Assembly (NCBI GenBank): GCA_965222035.1
Contig: OZ244940.1
Span: 1,775,852-1,839,851 of the forward strand
Length of the DNA stretch: 64,000 nucleotides
DNA from: Candidatus Amphirhobacter sp.
Lineage (GTDB): Bacteria > Pseudomonadota > Gammaproteobacteria > Tethybacterales > Tethybacteraceae
Direction: 5' to 3'
The stretch's first letter is position 1; every line of letters begins with the position of its first letter. Below the pieces are notes generated by a model. The model saw only the letters and a program-made list of their open reading frames with translations. It searched no databases and was not told where the DNA came from. The position numbers and the translations under genes were made by a program. Positions 1 through 9,512 of this stretch are shown in pieces.

Positions 1-1
1 C

Positions 2-1873
2 GAGCAGGATAAAGACCTTATTAGCGAGCTTTTGACTAATAATAGCGACCGCCGCATGCGCCAGAAGAAACTCAAGGACATTCGGGTGATCGTGGGCAAC
101 CCTCCTTATTCGGTAGGCCAGGATAGAAGGAATGAGGGCACTCAACATGTTAGGTACCCTAAACTTGACGATAGAATCAAAAAAACTTATGCTGCTATGG
201 GAGGCGGGCAAAGCCTGTATGATAGCTACATTAGGGCAATTAGATGGGCTAGCGATCGCATAGGCGAAACAGGAGTGATTGGATATGTCACCAACTCTGG
301 ATGGCTCGAAGGAAGGGCCAGTGCTGGCTTGCGGATATGTCTTGCTAAGGAATTCAATAGCATCTATGTACTAAATCTACGCGGGCATGCCAGAGGGCAT
401 GGCCTCGTTCGAAAGGAGGAAGGGGGCACGGTTTTTGGTTCGGGGAGCCGTACGGGCATATCAATTATGTTGCTATCGAAGAATCCCAATATGGCTGACA
501 GCAGTAAAATATATTTTCGCGATATAGGGAAATTTCTCAACTGTGAGGAGAAATTAAACAAAATTAGCAAGATACGAAGCATCGAGACGGAGAATGATAG
601 TGAATCCAAATGGCATCTAATTGTTCCTGATCGCTATGGGGATTGGATAAACCAACGCTCTGAGTTTCCCAAACCACACATGTATTTGGCAGGAACTAAC
701 AAGGAAGAGGCCTTGTTTAGCATACGAAGCAGAGGTTTTGTAACCGGGCGCGATGTATGGGTTTACAACGATTCGAAGGTGTCGCTGACTAAGAACATAC
801 GCCGCACGATTGATACCTACAATATGTGCGTCGCTGATCCAGATCGAAATGACTGCAGCGATGCTACAAAAATAAAATGGACGAAAGAGCTGCGGAAACT
901 GCGTGATGAAGGCAAGCAGATCGCCTTCAATAAGGACGAGATTCTTGTTTCATTGTACCGCCCCTTCAATCTCAGGTATCATTATCGTGACAAGAATCTC
1001 AATTCAAGTTTCTCTTACATGCCCAAACTGTTTCCGGGGAATAAATTTGACAACAAGGCCATCTGCATTGCCGCTCCAGCCGCTGGAGCAGAGTTTTCAG
1101 TATTGATGACAAAGTATGCTTGCGATGATGGTTTAATGAGATTAAGCCAAATGTTCCCCCTGTATGATTTTCCTGAAAACAAGGAAGGGCGCAGTGAACA
1201 GGGTGCTTTGCTAAATAAAAGCATGCGAAAACTTGCAGTCACTGATGCGGGGCTCAAGTTTTTCCAAGCGGCATATCCAGGCAAGGACATATCCAAGGAA
1301 GATCTTTTCTATTATACTTATGGTTTCTTACACGCCCCAGATTACCGGCAGTTTTTCATTAATACTCTCAACAAAGAGCTGCCTAGAGTATGGCCTGTTA
1401 GCAAACACAGAGATTTCCTGAAATTCGTGCAGATGGGTCGCAAGCTTGGCAAGATGCATTGCAATTTTGATGAGGTCGAAGAATTTCCAGTTAGTTTCAA
1501 CCAAGGAGAGACCGCATTGGCTCCTCTTTCTTCACAGGAAGAAAAGGATTTCTATCGCGTCACCGAAATGAAATTTGCTGGGAAAAGGCCTAATTGGGAT
1601 AAGAGGACAGTCATCTATAACTCCAACATTACCATTACGGGCATTCCACTAAAGGCTTATGACTATATGGTGAACGGAATATCTGCCTTGGAATGGATAA
1701 TGAAAAGGCAGAAAGCTTCCGGCGACAATGATCCCAATGACTTCGCCAACGAGGCCATGGGTGACCCCAAATATCCGCTCAAGCTGTTCCGGCGCATCAT
1801 CACCGTCAGCCTGGAAACCCTCAAGATCGTCGAGAGCCTCCCGCCGCTCGACCTCGGCGACAAGAAGAAATAG
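2..1873 (+). CDS. Type ISP / type IIG-like N6-adenine DNA methyltransferase-restriction enzyme, C-terminal part (5' end off window)
   Basis: The frame is open from nt 2, so the gene continues upstream of the window. Methylase motif IV VGNPPYS is present. The long C-terminal region with SLYRPFNLRYHY resembles the target-recognition domain of LlaGI/YeeA-like enzymes. The gene is AT-rich until about nt 1700, then GC-rich. Confidence 0.7.
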   Translation, partial: EQDKDLISELLTNNSDRRMRQKKLKDIRVIVGNPPYSVGQDRRNEGTQHVRYPKLDDRIKKTYAAMGGGQSLYDSYIRAIRWASDRIGETGVIGYVTNSGWLEGRASAGLRICLAKEFNSIYVLNLRGHARGHGLVRKEEGGTVFGSGSRTGISIMLLSKNPNMADSSKIYFRDIGKFLNCEEKLNKISKIRSIETENDSESKWHLIVPDRYGDWINQRSEFPKPHMYLAGTNKEEALFSIRSRGFVTGRDVWVYNDSKVSLTKNIRRTIDTYNMCVADPDRNDCSDATKIKWTKELRKLRDEGKQIAFNKDEILVSLYRPFNLRYHYRDKNLNSSFSYMPKLFPGNKFDNKAICIAAPAAGAEFSVLMTKYACDDGLMRLSQMFPLYDFPENKEGRSEQGALLNKSMRKLAVTDAGLKFFQAAYPGKDISKEDLFYYTYGFLHAPDYRQFFINTLNKELPRVWPVSKHRDFLKFVQMGRKLGKMHCNFDEVEEFPVSFNQGETALAPLSSQEEKDFYRVTEMKFAGKRPNWDKRTVIYNSNITITGIPLKAYDYMVNGISALEWIMKRQKASGDNDPNDFANEAMGDPKYPLKLFRRIITVSLETLKIVESLPPLDLGDKKK

Positions 1874-1876
1874 CCC

Positions 1877-2236
1877 CTACCGGGGCGGGAACGGCACCTG
1901 TACCAGCCAGGCCGCCTGGAACACCACCAGGCCCACCGGCAGCGCTGGCGGGAACAGCTCGTAGAAGGCCAGGACGACCCAGGTCGCCATGCCGATGAAG
2001 ATCAGCGTGAAGGAGCGCTCCTCGTGGTACTTGAGGATCGCCCGCGCCCGCCGGGTCAGCCGCATGCCCGGACGGTCGAGCAGGGCGACCGCCGCCACTA
2101 CCACCCCCAGATTGAGCCCATTGAGGGCCTGGAGGGCGTAAACCAGCCCGAATGGCAGGTCCAAAAGGCCGAAATAGGCCTGGAAAGCCCCGCCGCAGGC
2201 GACGCCGAGCAGGGCGCATATTGCGAATCGCATCAA
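1877..2236 (-). CDS. Small integral membrane protein (unassigned family)
   Basis: 119-aa ORF with three or four hydrophobic segments and native high GC. It is convergent with the methylase gene, with only 3 nt between the stop codons. Confidence 0.45.
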   Translation of the reverse strand: MMRFAICALLGVACGGAFQAYFGLLDLPFGLVYALQALNGLNLGVVVAAVALLDRPGMRLTRRARAILKYHEERSFTLIFIGMATWVVLAFYELFPPALPVGLVVFQAAWLVQVPFPPR

Positions 2237-2248
2237 ACATAGTATAAT
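2221..2248 (+). promoter_or_regulatory. Putative sigma70 promoter for the sugar ABC operon
   Basis: TTGCGA, a 16-nt spacer, then TATAAT (2243-2248). It lies about 35 nt upstream of the AGGAG-like RBS and the ATG at 2284. Confidence 0.4.
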
Positions 2249-2283
2249 CTGCGGCGAGAACTTTGCTTTACAGGAGCGGGAAC

Positions 2284-3525
2284 ATGATCAAGAAACAACA
2301 ACTGGCAGGCCTGGTGGCCGCTGCGATGGCGTGCGCCGTGCCGGCGCAGGCTGCTGACGTCGAGGTCACCCACTGGTGGACCTCCGGCGGTGAGGCTGCC
2401 GCGGTGAAGGTCTTCGCCGAGTCCTTCGATGCCCTCGGTGGCGACACCTGGGTCGATGGCGCCATCGCCGGTTCCGGCGGCGTCGCCCGACCCATCATCA
2501 TCAGCCGCATCCAAGGGGGCGACCCCATGGGCGCGACCCAGCTGAACCACGGCCGCCAGGCCGAGGAGCTGGTCAATGCTGGCTTGATGCTGGAACTGAC
2601 CGACGTGGCCGAGCGCGAAGGATGGGCCAATCTCATCCGTCCGAGCGGCCTGTATGAATCCTGCAACTACGATGGCAAGATCTACTGCGTCCCGGTCAAT
2701 ATCCACTCCTGGCAGTGGATGTGGATCAGCCGACCGGCGTTCCAAAAGGCCGGCGTATCTGTTCCGCAGGATTGGCATGACTTCGTCGCTGCTGCTCCGA
2801 AGCTGCGCGAAGCTGGCGTAACCCCGCTGGCGGTTGGACAGCAGCCCTGGCAGACTTCCGGCATGTTCGGCGTGCTGGTCGTGGGCCTCGGTGGCATCGA
2901 CACCTGGAAGAAGATCAACGTCGACCGCGACGTCGATTTCGCCCGGGGCTCCAAGATGAAGGAGATCTGGCAAGCTTTCGGCGACGCTCGCGAACTGAGC
3001 GTGGGCAGCAATGTCAATGACTGGAACGAGGCCACCAACCTGGTCATCACCCACAGGGCCGGCGCCCAAATCATGGGCGACTGGGCGCAGGGCGAGTTCA
3101 GCGTCGCGGGCTACACCGCTGGCGATGAGTACGACTGCCTGCCGGGCCTGGGCATCCAGCCGGTGCTGAGCACCGGTGGCGACGCCTTCTACTTCCCCAA
3201 GACGGATGACGCAGACCTCACCCGTGCGCAGAAGAAGATGGCTTCGATGATGGTTTCCAAGAGCGTCCAAGTAGGCTTCAACCTGGCCAAGGGCTCCCTG
3301 CCGATCCGGGCGGACGTCGACCTGTCGGCGGCCAACCTGTGCATGAAGAAGGGCCTGAAGATCCTGGACGATCCTTCCAACATCATCCCGGACGCCACCC
3401 AGCTGCTGTCCCCGGACACCCTGGGCCAAATGGACGACCTGCTGGTTGAGTTCTGGAACGACACCAGCATCACTCCGGCTGAGGCGCAAGCCAACTACGC
3501 TGACATCCTGGCTGCCGCCGACTAG
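2284..3525 (+). CDS. Sugar ABC transporter substrate-binding protein (family 1 SBP)
   Basis: Signal peptide MIKKQQLAGLVAAAMACAVPAQA follows an AGGAGCGGG RBS. It is the first gene of an SBP-permease-permease-ATPase operon. The ORF track starts earlier, at 2263. Confidence 0.85.
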   Translation: MIKKQQLAGLVAAAMACAVPAQAADVEVTHWWTSGGEAAAVKVFAESFDALGGDTWVDGAIAGSGGVARPIIISRIQGGDPMGATQLNHGRQAEELVNAGLMLELTDVAEREGWANLIRPSGLYESCNYDGKIYCVPVNIHSWQWMWISRPAFQKAGVSVPQDWHDFVAAAPKLREAGVTPLAVGQQPWQTSGMFGVLVVGLGGIDTWKKINVDRDVDFARGSKMKEIWQAFGDARELSVGSNVNDWNEATNLVITHRAGAQIMGDWAQGEFSVAGYTAGDEYDCLPGLGIQPVLSTGGDAFYFPKTDDADLTRAQKKMASMMVSKSVQVGFNLAKGSLPIRADVDLSAANLCMKKGLKILDDPSNIIPDATQLLSPDTLGQMDDLLVEFWNDTSITPAEAQANYADILAAAD

Positions 3526-3629
3526 GCGCCACCAAGGCTTTGGCTACGCGGCTATCTCAACCACTGCTTAGGAACTAACCTATGCGGCGATAGCCGCTTC
3601 GCCAGGGCCCGCCTGTCCTCAGAGGGCCC

Positions 3630-4580
3630 GTGATGGAGCACCAGTCCGCAGCTGCGGCGCCCGGCGCGCCGCCCGCCGACTTGGCCGGCCGCATGCTATG
3701 GCATGCGCGCCGCAACCTGCCGGCGAAAATCGCCTCGATACCCATGGTGTTCACCGCCGTGGTGGTGTTCGCCGGCGGCACCCTGTGGTCGGTTTTCTAC
3801 TCGTTCACCAAGTCCAAGGCGCTGCCGAGCGAGACCTTCGTCGGCTTCGCCCAGTACGTGCGGCTGTTCAACACCAAGCGCTGGATCATCTCGCTCGAGA
3901 ACATCGCCATCTTCGGCGTGTGCAGCCTGGTGTTCTCGCTGGTGATAGGCTTTTTGCTCGCCGCGCTGCTCGATCAGAAGATTCGTTTTGAGAATACTTT
4001 CCGCACCATCTTCCTGTATCCCTTTGCGCTGTCGTTCATCATAACCGGCTTGGTATGGCAGTGGATTCTCAATCCGGATTTCGGCGTCCAGCAGGTGGTG
4101 CGCAGCTTCGGCTTCGATGAATTCGTCTTCAATCCGCTGCGAGATCCGGACATCGTCATCTACGGGGTGTTGATCGCTGGCCTGTGGCAGGGATCCGGGC
4201 TGGTGATGGTGCTGATGCTCGCTGGCCTGCGCAGCATCGAGGACGATATCTGGAAAGCGGCTAAGGTGGACGGCATCCCAGCGTGGAAGACCTATCTGAT
4301 CATCGTCATTCCCATGATGCGGCCGGTGTTCATCACTACCTTGGTGATCATCGCCGCGGGCATCGTCAAGGTTTTCGACTTGATCGTCGCGCAGACTTCC
4401 GGAGGGCCGGGCATCGCCTCGGAGATGCCGGCGAAATACGTCTATGACTACCTGTTCGCGCGCGGCAACCTCGGCCAGGGCCTGGCGGCCTCGACCGTCA
4501 TGCTGGGGACCGTGCTGATCATCTTGATTCCCTGGATGTACCTGGAGTTCGGCAACCGCCGGCAGCAGCGTCATGGCTGA
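3630..4580 (+). CDS. Sugar ABC transporter permease (MalF/UgpA-like)
   Basis: Multi-TM protein with the EAA-type loop region KAAKVDGIPAWKTYLIIVIPMMRP. Operon context supports the call. Confidence 0.85.
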   Translation: MMEHQSAAAAPGAPPADLAGRMLWHARRNLPAKIASIPMVFTAVVVFAGGTLWSVFYSFTKSKALPSETFVGFAQYVRLFNTKRWIISLENIAIFGVCSLVFSLVIGFLLAALLDQKIRFENTFRTIFLYPFALSFIITGLVWQWILNPDFGVQQVVRSFGFDEFVFNPLRDPDIVIYGVLIAGLWQGSGLVMVLMLAGLRSIEDDIWKAAKVDGIPAWKTYLIIVIPMMRPVFITTLVIIAAGIVKVFDLIVAQTSGGPGIASEMPAKYVYDYLFARGNLGQGLAASTVMLGTVLIILIPWMYLEFGNRRQQRHG

Positions 4581-5475
4581 GGCGCTCGTACTTGCTCCCG
4601 GCCCGGCCGGACCGCGGCCGAAGCGGCCGTTCGCGCCGCGTACGATTATGCTGTACAGCATCCTGCTGGTGGCCGCGGTGTACTACCTGATGCCGCTGTA
4701 CGTCATGATCGCGACCTCGCTCAAGGGCATGCCCGAGGTGCGCCTGGGGAACATCTTCTCGCCGCCGGTCGATATCACCTTCGCGCCCTGGATCAAGGCC
4801 TGGGACGAGGCCTGCACCGGGCTGTACTGCGAGGGGCTCAAGGTCGGCTTTTGGAACTCGGTCCAGATTCTGGTCCCGGGCGTGGTGATCTCGATCGCGA
4901 TCGCCTCGGTCAACGGCTACGCCCTGTCATACTGGCGCTTCAAGGGCTCGGAGGCCTTCTTCACCATCTTGCTGTTCGGGGCCTTCATACCCTATCAGGT
5001 CATGATCTATCCGCTGGTGATCCTGCTGCGCGAGCTGGGGCTGTTCGGGAGCCTGGCGGGCGTGACCATGGTGCACACCATCTTCGGGATGCCGATCCTG
5101 ACCCTGCTGTTCCGCAACTACTTCGCGTCGATTCCGGTCGAGCTGTTCAAGGCGGCGCGGGTTGATGGCGCCGGCTTCTGGGGCATTTTCCTCAAGATCA
5201 TGGTCCCGATGTCGCTGCCGATTTTCGTGGTCGCGACCATTATCCAGGTGACCGGCATCTGGAACGACTTCCTGTTCGGCGTCATCTACGCGGGCACCAA
5301 GAACTTCCCGATGACGGTGCAGCTGAACAACATCGTCAACTCGACCCAGGGGGTCAAGGAGTACAACGTCAACATGGCGGCGACCATCCTGACCGGCATG
5401 GTTCCGCTGGTGGTGTATTTCGTCTCGGGCAAATTGTTCGTGCGCGGCATGGTCGCCGGGGCGGTCAAGGGTTAG
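4573..5475 (+). CDS. Sugar ABC transporter permease (MalG/UgpE-like)
   Basis: Multi-TM protein with FKAARVDGAGFWGIFLKIMVPMSLP. It overlaps the upstream permease gene by 8 nt. Confidence 0.85.
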   Translation: MAEALVLAPGPAGPRPKRPFAPRTIMLYSILLVAAVYYLMPLYVMIATSLKGMPEVRLGNIFSPPVDITFAPWIKAWDEACTGLYCEGLKVGFWNSVQILVPGVVISIAIASVNGYALSYWRFKGSEAFFTILLFGAFIPYQVMIYPLVILLRELGLFGSLAGVTMVHTIFGMPILTLLFRNYFASIPVELFKAARVDGAGFWGIFLKIMVPMSLPIFVVATIIQVTGIWNDFLFGVIYAGTKNFPMTVQLNNIVNSTQGVKEYNVNMAATILTGMVPLVVYFVSGKLFVRGMVAGAVKG

Positions 5476-5484
5476 GTTAGTTCT

Positions 5485-6570
5485 ATGGCTTCGATTTCCA
5501 TCAAGCGGCTGTGCGTCAACTACGGCGCGGTCAAGGTCCTCGAGGACCTCGATCTCGACATCGAGGCCGGCGAGTTCATCGTCCTGCTCGGCCCGTCCGG
5601 CTGCGGCAAGAGCACGCTGCTCAACTGCATCGCCGGGCTGCTCGACATCAGCGGCGGGCAGATCCTGATCAAGGACCGCAACGTGACCTGGCTCGAGCCC
5701 AAGGACCGCGGCATCGGCATGGTGTTCCAGTCCTACGCGCTGTACCCGCAGATGACGGTGCGCGGCAACCTGTCCTTCGGCATCAAGAACGCGGGCCTGT
5801 CCAAGGAGGAGGTGGACCAGCGCATCGACAAGACGTCCAAGCTGCTGCACATCGAGGAGCTGCTCGGGCGCAAGCCGGCGGCCCTGTCCGGCGGGCAGCG
5901 GCAGCGGGTGGCGATCGGCCGGGCGCTGGTGCGCGACGTGGATGTGTTCCTGTTCGACGAGCCGCTGTCGAACCTGGACGCCAAGCTGCGCGCCGAGCTG
6001 CGGGTGGAGATCAAGCGCCTGCATCAGCAGCTCGAGTCGAACACCATGGTCTACGTCACCCACGACCAGATCGAGGCGCTGACGCTGGCGGACCGCATCG
6101 CGGTGATGAAGAACGGCATCATCCAGCAGCTCGCCGACCCCCATGAGATTTACAACCGGCCCACCAACCTCTATGTGGCGAGTTTCATCGGCTCGCCGAG
6201 CATGAATTTCATCCAGGGCAAGATTGAGGGCAATGCCTTCAGCTTCGAAGGGGGCCAGGCCAAGCTCGACAGTTACCAGGCCGAGCAGGAAGGCGCCCTG
6301 GCAGGGAGCGATGGCAAGGAGGCCTTGCTAGGGCTGCGGCCCGAGCATGTCGTACTTGGCGGCGGCGGCCGCGATCCCATCGGCCGCGGCGTGGTCGACA
6401 TCATCGAGCCGATGGGTTCGGACAGCCTGGTCTGGATCAACATCGGCGACGCCAGCATCTCGAGCCGGCAGGAGGGCGCCACTGCCTTCAAGAAGGGCCA
6501 GGAAGTCGAGGTGAGCGCCGACATCAGCCTGGCCTCGGTCTTCGCCAAGGACAGCGAGAAACGCTTATAA
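5485..6570 (+). CDS. Sugar ABC transporter ATP-binding protein (MalK/UgpC-like)
   Basis: Walker A GPSGCGKST, signature LSGGQRQRV and Walker B VFLFDEPLS are present, followed by a C-terminal regulatory-type domain. Confidence 0.9.
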   Translation: MASISIKRLCVNYGAVKVLEDLDLDIEAGEFIVLLGPSGCGKSTLLNCIAGLLDISGGQILIKDRNVTWLEPKDRGIGMVFQSYALYPQMTVRGNLSFGIKNAGLSKEEVDQRIDKTSKLLHIEELLGRKPAALSGGQRQRVAIGRALVRDVDVFLFDEPLSNLDAKLRAELRVEIKRLHQQLESNTMVYVTHDQIEALTLADRIAVMKNGIIQQLADPHEIYNRPTNLYVASFIGSPSMNFIQGKIEGNAFSFEGGQAKLDSYQAEQEGALAGSDGKEALLGLRPEHVVLGGGGRDPIGRGVVDIIEPMGSDSLVWINIGDASISSRQEGATAFKKGQEVEVSADISLASVFAKDSEKRL

Positions 6571-6601
6571 TCAACCACATCATCCATCCGAGGAGCCAAC
6601 C

Positions 6602-7348
6602 ATGAAACTAACCTACCAACTCTACTCATCCCGCAACCACCCGCCGCTGGACAAGACCCTGGCGATGCTGGCCGCCGCCGGCTACAAGGCGGTCGAGGGC
6701 TACGCCCACTTTTTCGGCGAGGACTACGCGGCCAAGGCCGCGGCGGTCCAGGCGGCCGGCCTCGAGATGAAGTGCGCGCACTTCGGCATCGAGGACCTGG
6801 AGAACGACTGGGAGCGCTGCATGGCGATCGCCAAGGCCTTCGGCCTGGAGAACGTCTATTGCCCCTACTTGATGCCGGGAGACCGCCCGGCCGATGCGGC
6901 GGGCTGGCAGGCGCTCGGAGCCAAGCTGGCTGAGATCGGCAAGAAGGTCAACGACGCCGGCTACGGCTTCGGCTGGCACAACCACGACTTCGAGCTGGTC
7001 AAGCTGTCGGACGGATCGGTGCCGCTGGACCTGATCTTCGGCGCCAGCGACGACCTGCAGTGGGAGGCCGACCTCGCCTGGGTGGTACGCGGCTCCGCCG
7101 ATCCGCTGTCTGAAGTCAAGAAGCACCAGGCGCGCATCACTGCGGTGCATATCAAGGACATCGCGCCGGAGGGCGAGTGCGCCGATGAGGACGGCTGGGC
7201 CGATGTCGGCCACGGCACCATGGACTGGAAGGGACTGCTGGAGGCGCTGCAGGCCTCGCCGGTCAAGCACTTCATCGCCGAGCACGACAAGCCCAGCGAG
7301 GACGACCGCTTCGCGCGGCGCACGGCTGAGTTCCTGCTCGCGCTGTAG
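6602..7348 (+). CDS. Sugar phosphate isomerase/epimerase (xylose isomerase-like TIM barrel)
   Basis: 248 aa. The overall pattern (HFG, WHNHDFE, VHIKD) is typical of AP_endonuc_2/IolE-like TIM-barrel proteins. It sits next to the sugar ABC operon. Confidence 0.7.
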   Translation: MKLTYQLYSSRNHPPLDKTLAMLAAAGYKAVEGYAHFFGEDYAAKAAAVQAAGLEMKCAHFGIEDLENDWERCMAIAKAFGLENVYCPYLMPGDRPADAAGWQALGAKLAEIGKKVNDAGYGFGWHNHDFELVKLSDGSVPLDLIFGASDDLQWEADLAWVVRGSADPLSEVKKHQARITAVHIKDIAPEGECADEDGWADVGHGTMDWKGLLEALQASPVKHFIAEHDKPSEDDRFARRTAEFLLAL

Positions 7349-7366
7349 GCTGCCAGGAGACCAGCG

Positions 7367-8530
7367 ATGAAAGTAGGTCTGATCGGCTGCGGCAACATCA
7401 GCGCGACGTACTTCAAGAACGTCCCGCTGTTCAAGGACATGGAAGTAGCCGCCTGCGCCGACATCATGCCGGAGGCGGCGAAGCAGGCCGCCGAGCGGTG
7501 GGGCGTCAAGGCTCTCAGCGTGGATGAGCTGCTCGCGGACGGTGATATCGACGCCGTCGTCAACATCACCATCCCGGCGGCGCACTGCGAGGTAAGCTGC
7601 CGCATTCTCGAGGCGGGCAAGCACCTGTACTCGGAAAAGCCGCTGGGCCTGGACATGGCCGAGGGGCGCAAGATCGAGCAGGCGGCCGCGGCCGCAGGCA
7701 AGCAGGCCTGCTGCGCGCCGGACACTTTCATGGGCGGCGCCCATCAGTTGGCGCGGCAGTGCATCGATGATGGCGCCGTGGGCAAGGTAACTTCGGGCAG
7801 CTGCCACGTCATGAACCTCGGCATGGAGATGTGGCATCCCAACCCCGACTTCTTCTTCCAGCCCGGCGGCGGGCCGATTCTCGACCTGGGACCGTATTAC
7901 ATCGCCAACCTGGTCAACCTGCTGGGACCGGTCAAGCGCCTCGCCTCCATGGCGAACGCCGCCCGCTCCGAGCGCACCATCACCAGCGAGCCGCGCGCCG
8001 GGGAGAAGGTCAAGGTCGAGGTCCAGACCACGGTGCTGGCCCTGCTGGAATTCGCCAGCGGCGCAGCGGTCACCCTGTCGGCCAGCTGGGACGTCTGGGC
8101 GCACCGCCATGCCAACATGGAGTTGTACGGCACTGAAGGGAGCCTGTATGTGCCCGATCCGAACTTTTTCAACGGCGATGTGATCAAGGTAGGTTCCGAC
8201 GGCAAGCAGGAGACGCTGCCGCCGGGTGACCATCCGCTCTACATCACCAACGAGATCCATGACATGGGCAAACTGGCGAACTACCGCGCTGTCGGCCTGG
8301 CTGAGATGGCCGACGCCGTCGCCGCGGGCCGCGAGCCGCGCTGCTCGCTCAGCCGCGCCTTGCATATCCTGGAGGTCATGGCCGGCATCCTCTCAGGAGC
8401 CGAAGCGGGCAAGTTCGTCGAGATGGAGACCAGCTGCGAGCGCCCGGCGCATTTCGGCGCGGCCGAGGCGGGAGCATTGTTCAAGGAATTGCCGGTAGCC
8501 GGCCAGGAGCAGAGTCACAAAAATGAGTAA
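7367..8530 (+). CDS. Gfo/Idh/MocA family oxidoreductase
   Basis: N-terminal Rossmann motif VGLIGCGNIS and the EKPL motif (LYSEKPLG). Confidence 0.8.
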   Translation: MKVGLIGCGNISATYFKNVPLFKDMEVAACADIMPEAAKQAAERWGVKALSVDELLADGDIDAVVNITIPAAHCEVSCRILEAGKHLYSEKPLGLDMAEGRKIEQAAAAAGKQACCAPDTFMGGAHQLARQCIDDGAVGKVTSGSCHVMNLGMEMWHPNPDFFFQPGGGPILDLGPYYIANLVNLLGPVKRLASMANAARSERTITSEPRAGEKVKVEVQTTVLALLEFASGAAVTLSASWDVWAHRHANMELYGTEGSLYVPDPNFFNGDVIKVGSDGKQETLPPGDHPLYITNEIHDMGKLANYRAVGLAEMADAVAAGREPRCSLSRALHILEVMAGILSGAEAGKFVEMETSCERPAHFGAAEAGALFKELPVAGQEQSHKNE

Positions 8531-9428
8531 GCAGCGCACCAACATCATCTTCACGGGCGGCAGCGGCAAGGCGGGCAAGCACATGCTGCCGTGGCTGGCG
8601 GCCAAGGGCTACAACGTCCTCAACGTCGACAAGGTCCCGCTGCGCGGGGTCGAGCACGTCCACAACATCGTAGCCGACATCACCAATCCCGGCGAGATGC
8701 ACAACGTCATGGAGACCTACGGCAAGTTCGGCGAGCTCGACACCGGCGACCAGACCTTCGCCGCGGTGGTCCACTTCGCGGCGATTCCGGCGCTGCTGGT
8801 CACGCCCGACAGCACATTGTTCCACATCAACACCGTCGGGACCTACAACGTCATCGAGGCGGCGCTGGCGCGGGGCATCCGCAAGATCATCATCGCGAGC
8901 AGCGAGACGACCTACGGCGTCTGCTTCGCCAAGGGGCACCGCGACTACAAATACCTGCCGCTGGACGAGGACTATCCCATCGATCCCATGGACAGCTACG
9001 CCCTGTCGAAGGTGCTCAACGAGCATACCGCCAAGGCGTTTCACGTGCGCACGGGCGCCGACATCTACGCGCTGCGCATCGGCAACGTGATCGAGCCGCA
9101 TGAGTACGAGAATTTTCCCGGTTATTTCGCCGACCCGTCGCTGCGCAAGCGCATTTGCTGGAGCTACATCGACACCCGCGACCTGGCGCAGATCGTTCAT
9201 CTGTGCATCGAGAAGGACGGCCTGGGCTTCGAGGTCTTCAACGCCTGCAACGACCACACCTCGGCGACGCAGCCGAACGCCGAATTGGTCAAGCAGTTCT
9301 ATCCGAAGGTCCCGATCAAGGGCGAGCTGGGCGAGCACGACGGCCTGCTGTCCAACCGCAAGGCGAAGGAAGTGCTAGGCTTCAAGGAAGAGCACAACTG
9401 GCACAAGTACGTCCCCGGCCACGGCTAG
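8523..9428 (+). CDS. NAD-dependent epimerase/dehydratase family protein
   Basis: N-terminal IIFTGGSGKAGKH glycine-rich motif and the extended-SDR YALSK (YxxxK) motif. It overlaps the upstream gene by 8 nt. Confidence 0.75.
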   Translation: MSKQRTNIIFTGGSGKAGKHMLPWLAAKGYNVLNVDKVPLRGVEHVHNIVADITNPGEMHNVMETYGKFGELDTGDQTFAAVVHFAAIPALLVTPDSTLFHINTVGTYNVIEAALARGIRKIIIASSETTYGVCFAKGHRDYKYLPLDEDYPIDPMDSYALSKVLNEHTAKAFHVRTGADIYALRIGNVIEPHEYENFPGYFADPSLRKRICWSYIDTRDLAQIVHLCIEKDGLGFEVFNACNDHTSATQPNAELVKQFYPKVPIKGELGEHDGLLSNRKAKEVLGFKEEHNWHKYVPGHG

Positions 9429-9512
9429 GCGGGCGGCTGGGCGCCGCGCGCCGGGGCCGGCGCGCGCGGCGCGGCATCTTGGCCGGCCCAGCAGACATAA
9501 GGAGAGCATGGC

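Noticed and set aside
2233-3489. 418-aa ORF antisense to the sugar-binding-protein gene. The same applies to similar long antisense or out-of-frame ORFs at 3696-4661, 4927-6144, 6626-8365, 20305-22017, 22314-23918, 25626-26516, 36174-38447, 15002-15976, 57682-58539 and others.
   Set aside because: Stop codons are rare in all frames of high-GC DNA. These translations are Arg/Ala/Gly/Pro-rich low-complexity strings with no recognisable motifs. Each overlaps a gene with clear family motifs on the other strand or in another frame.
9441-9474. GC-rich imperfect palindrome (GCGCCGCGCGCCGG...CCGGCGCGCGCGGCGC) after the epimerase gene, considered as an intrinsic terminator or REP element.
   Set aside because: The arms are not perfectly complementary and no T-run follows. 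I saw no second copy in the window that would support a REP family. It is mentioned only as context for the HEPN-like gene.
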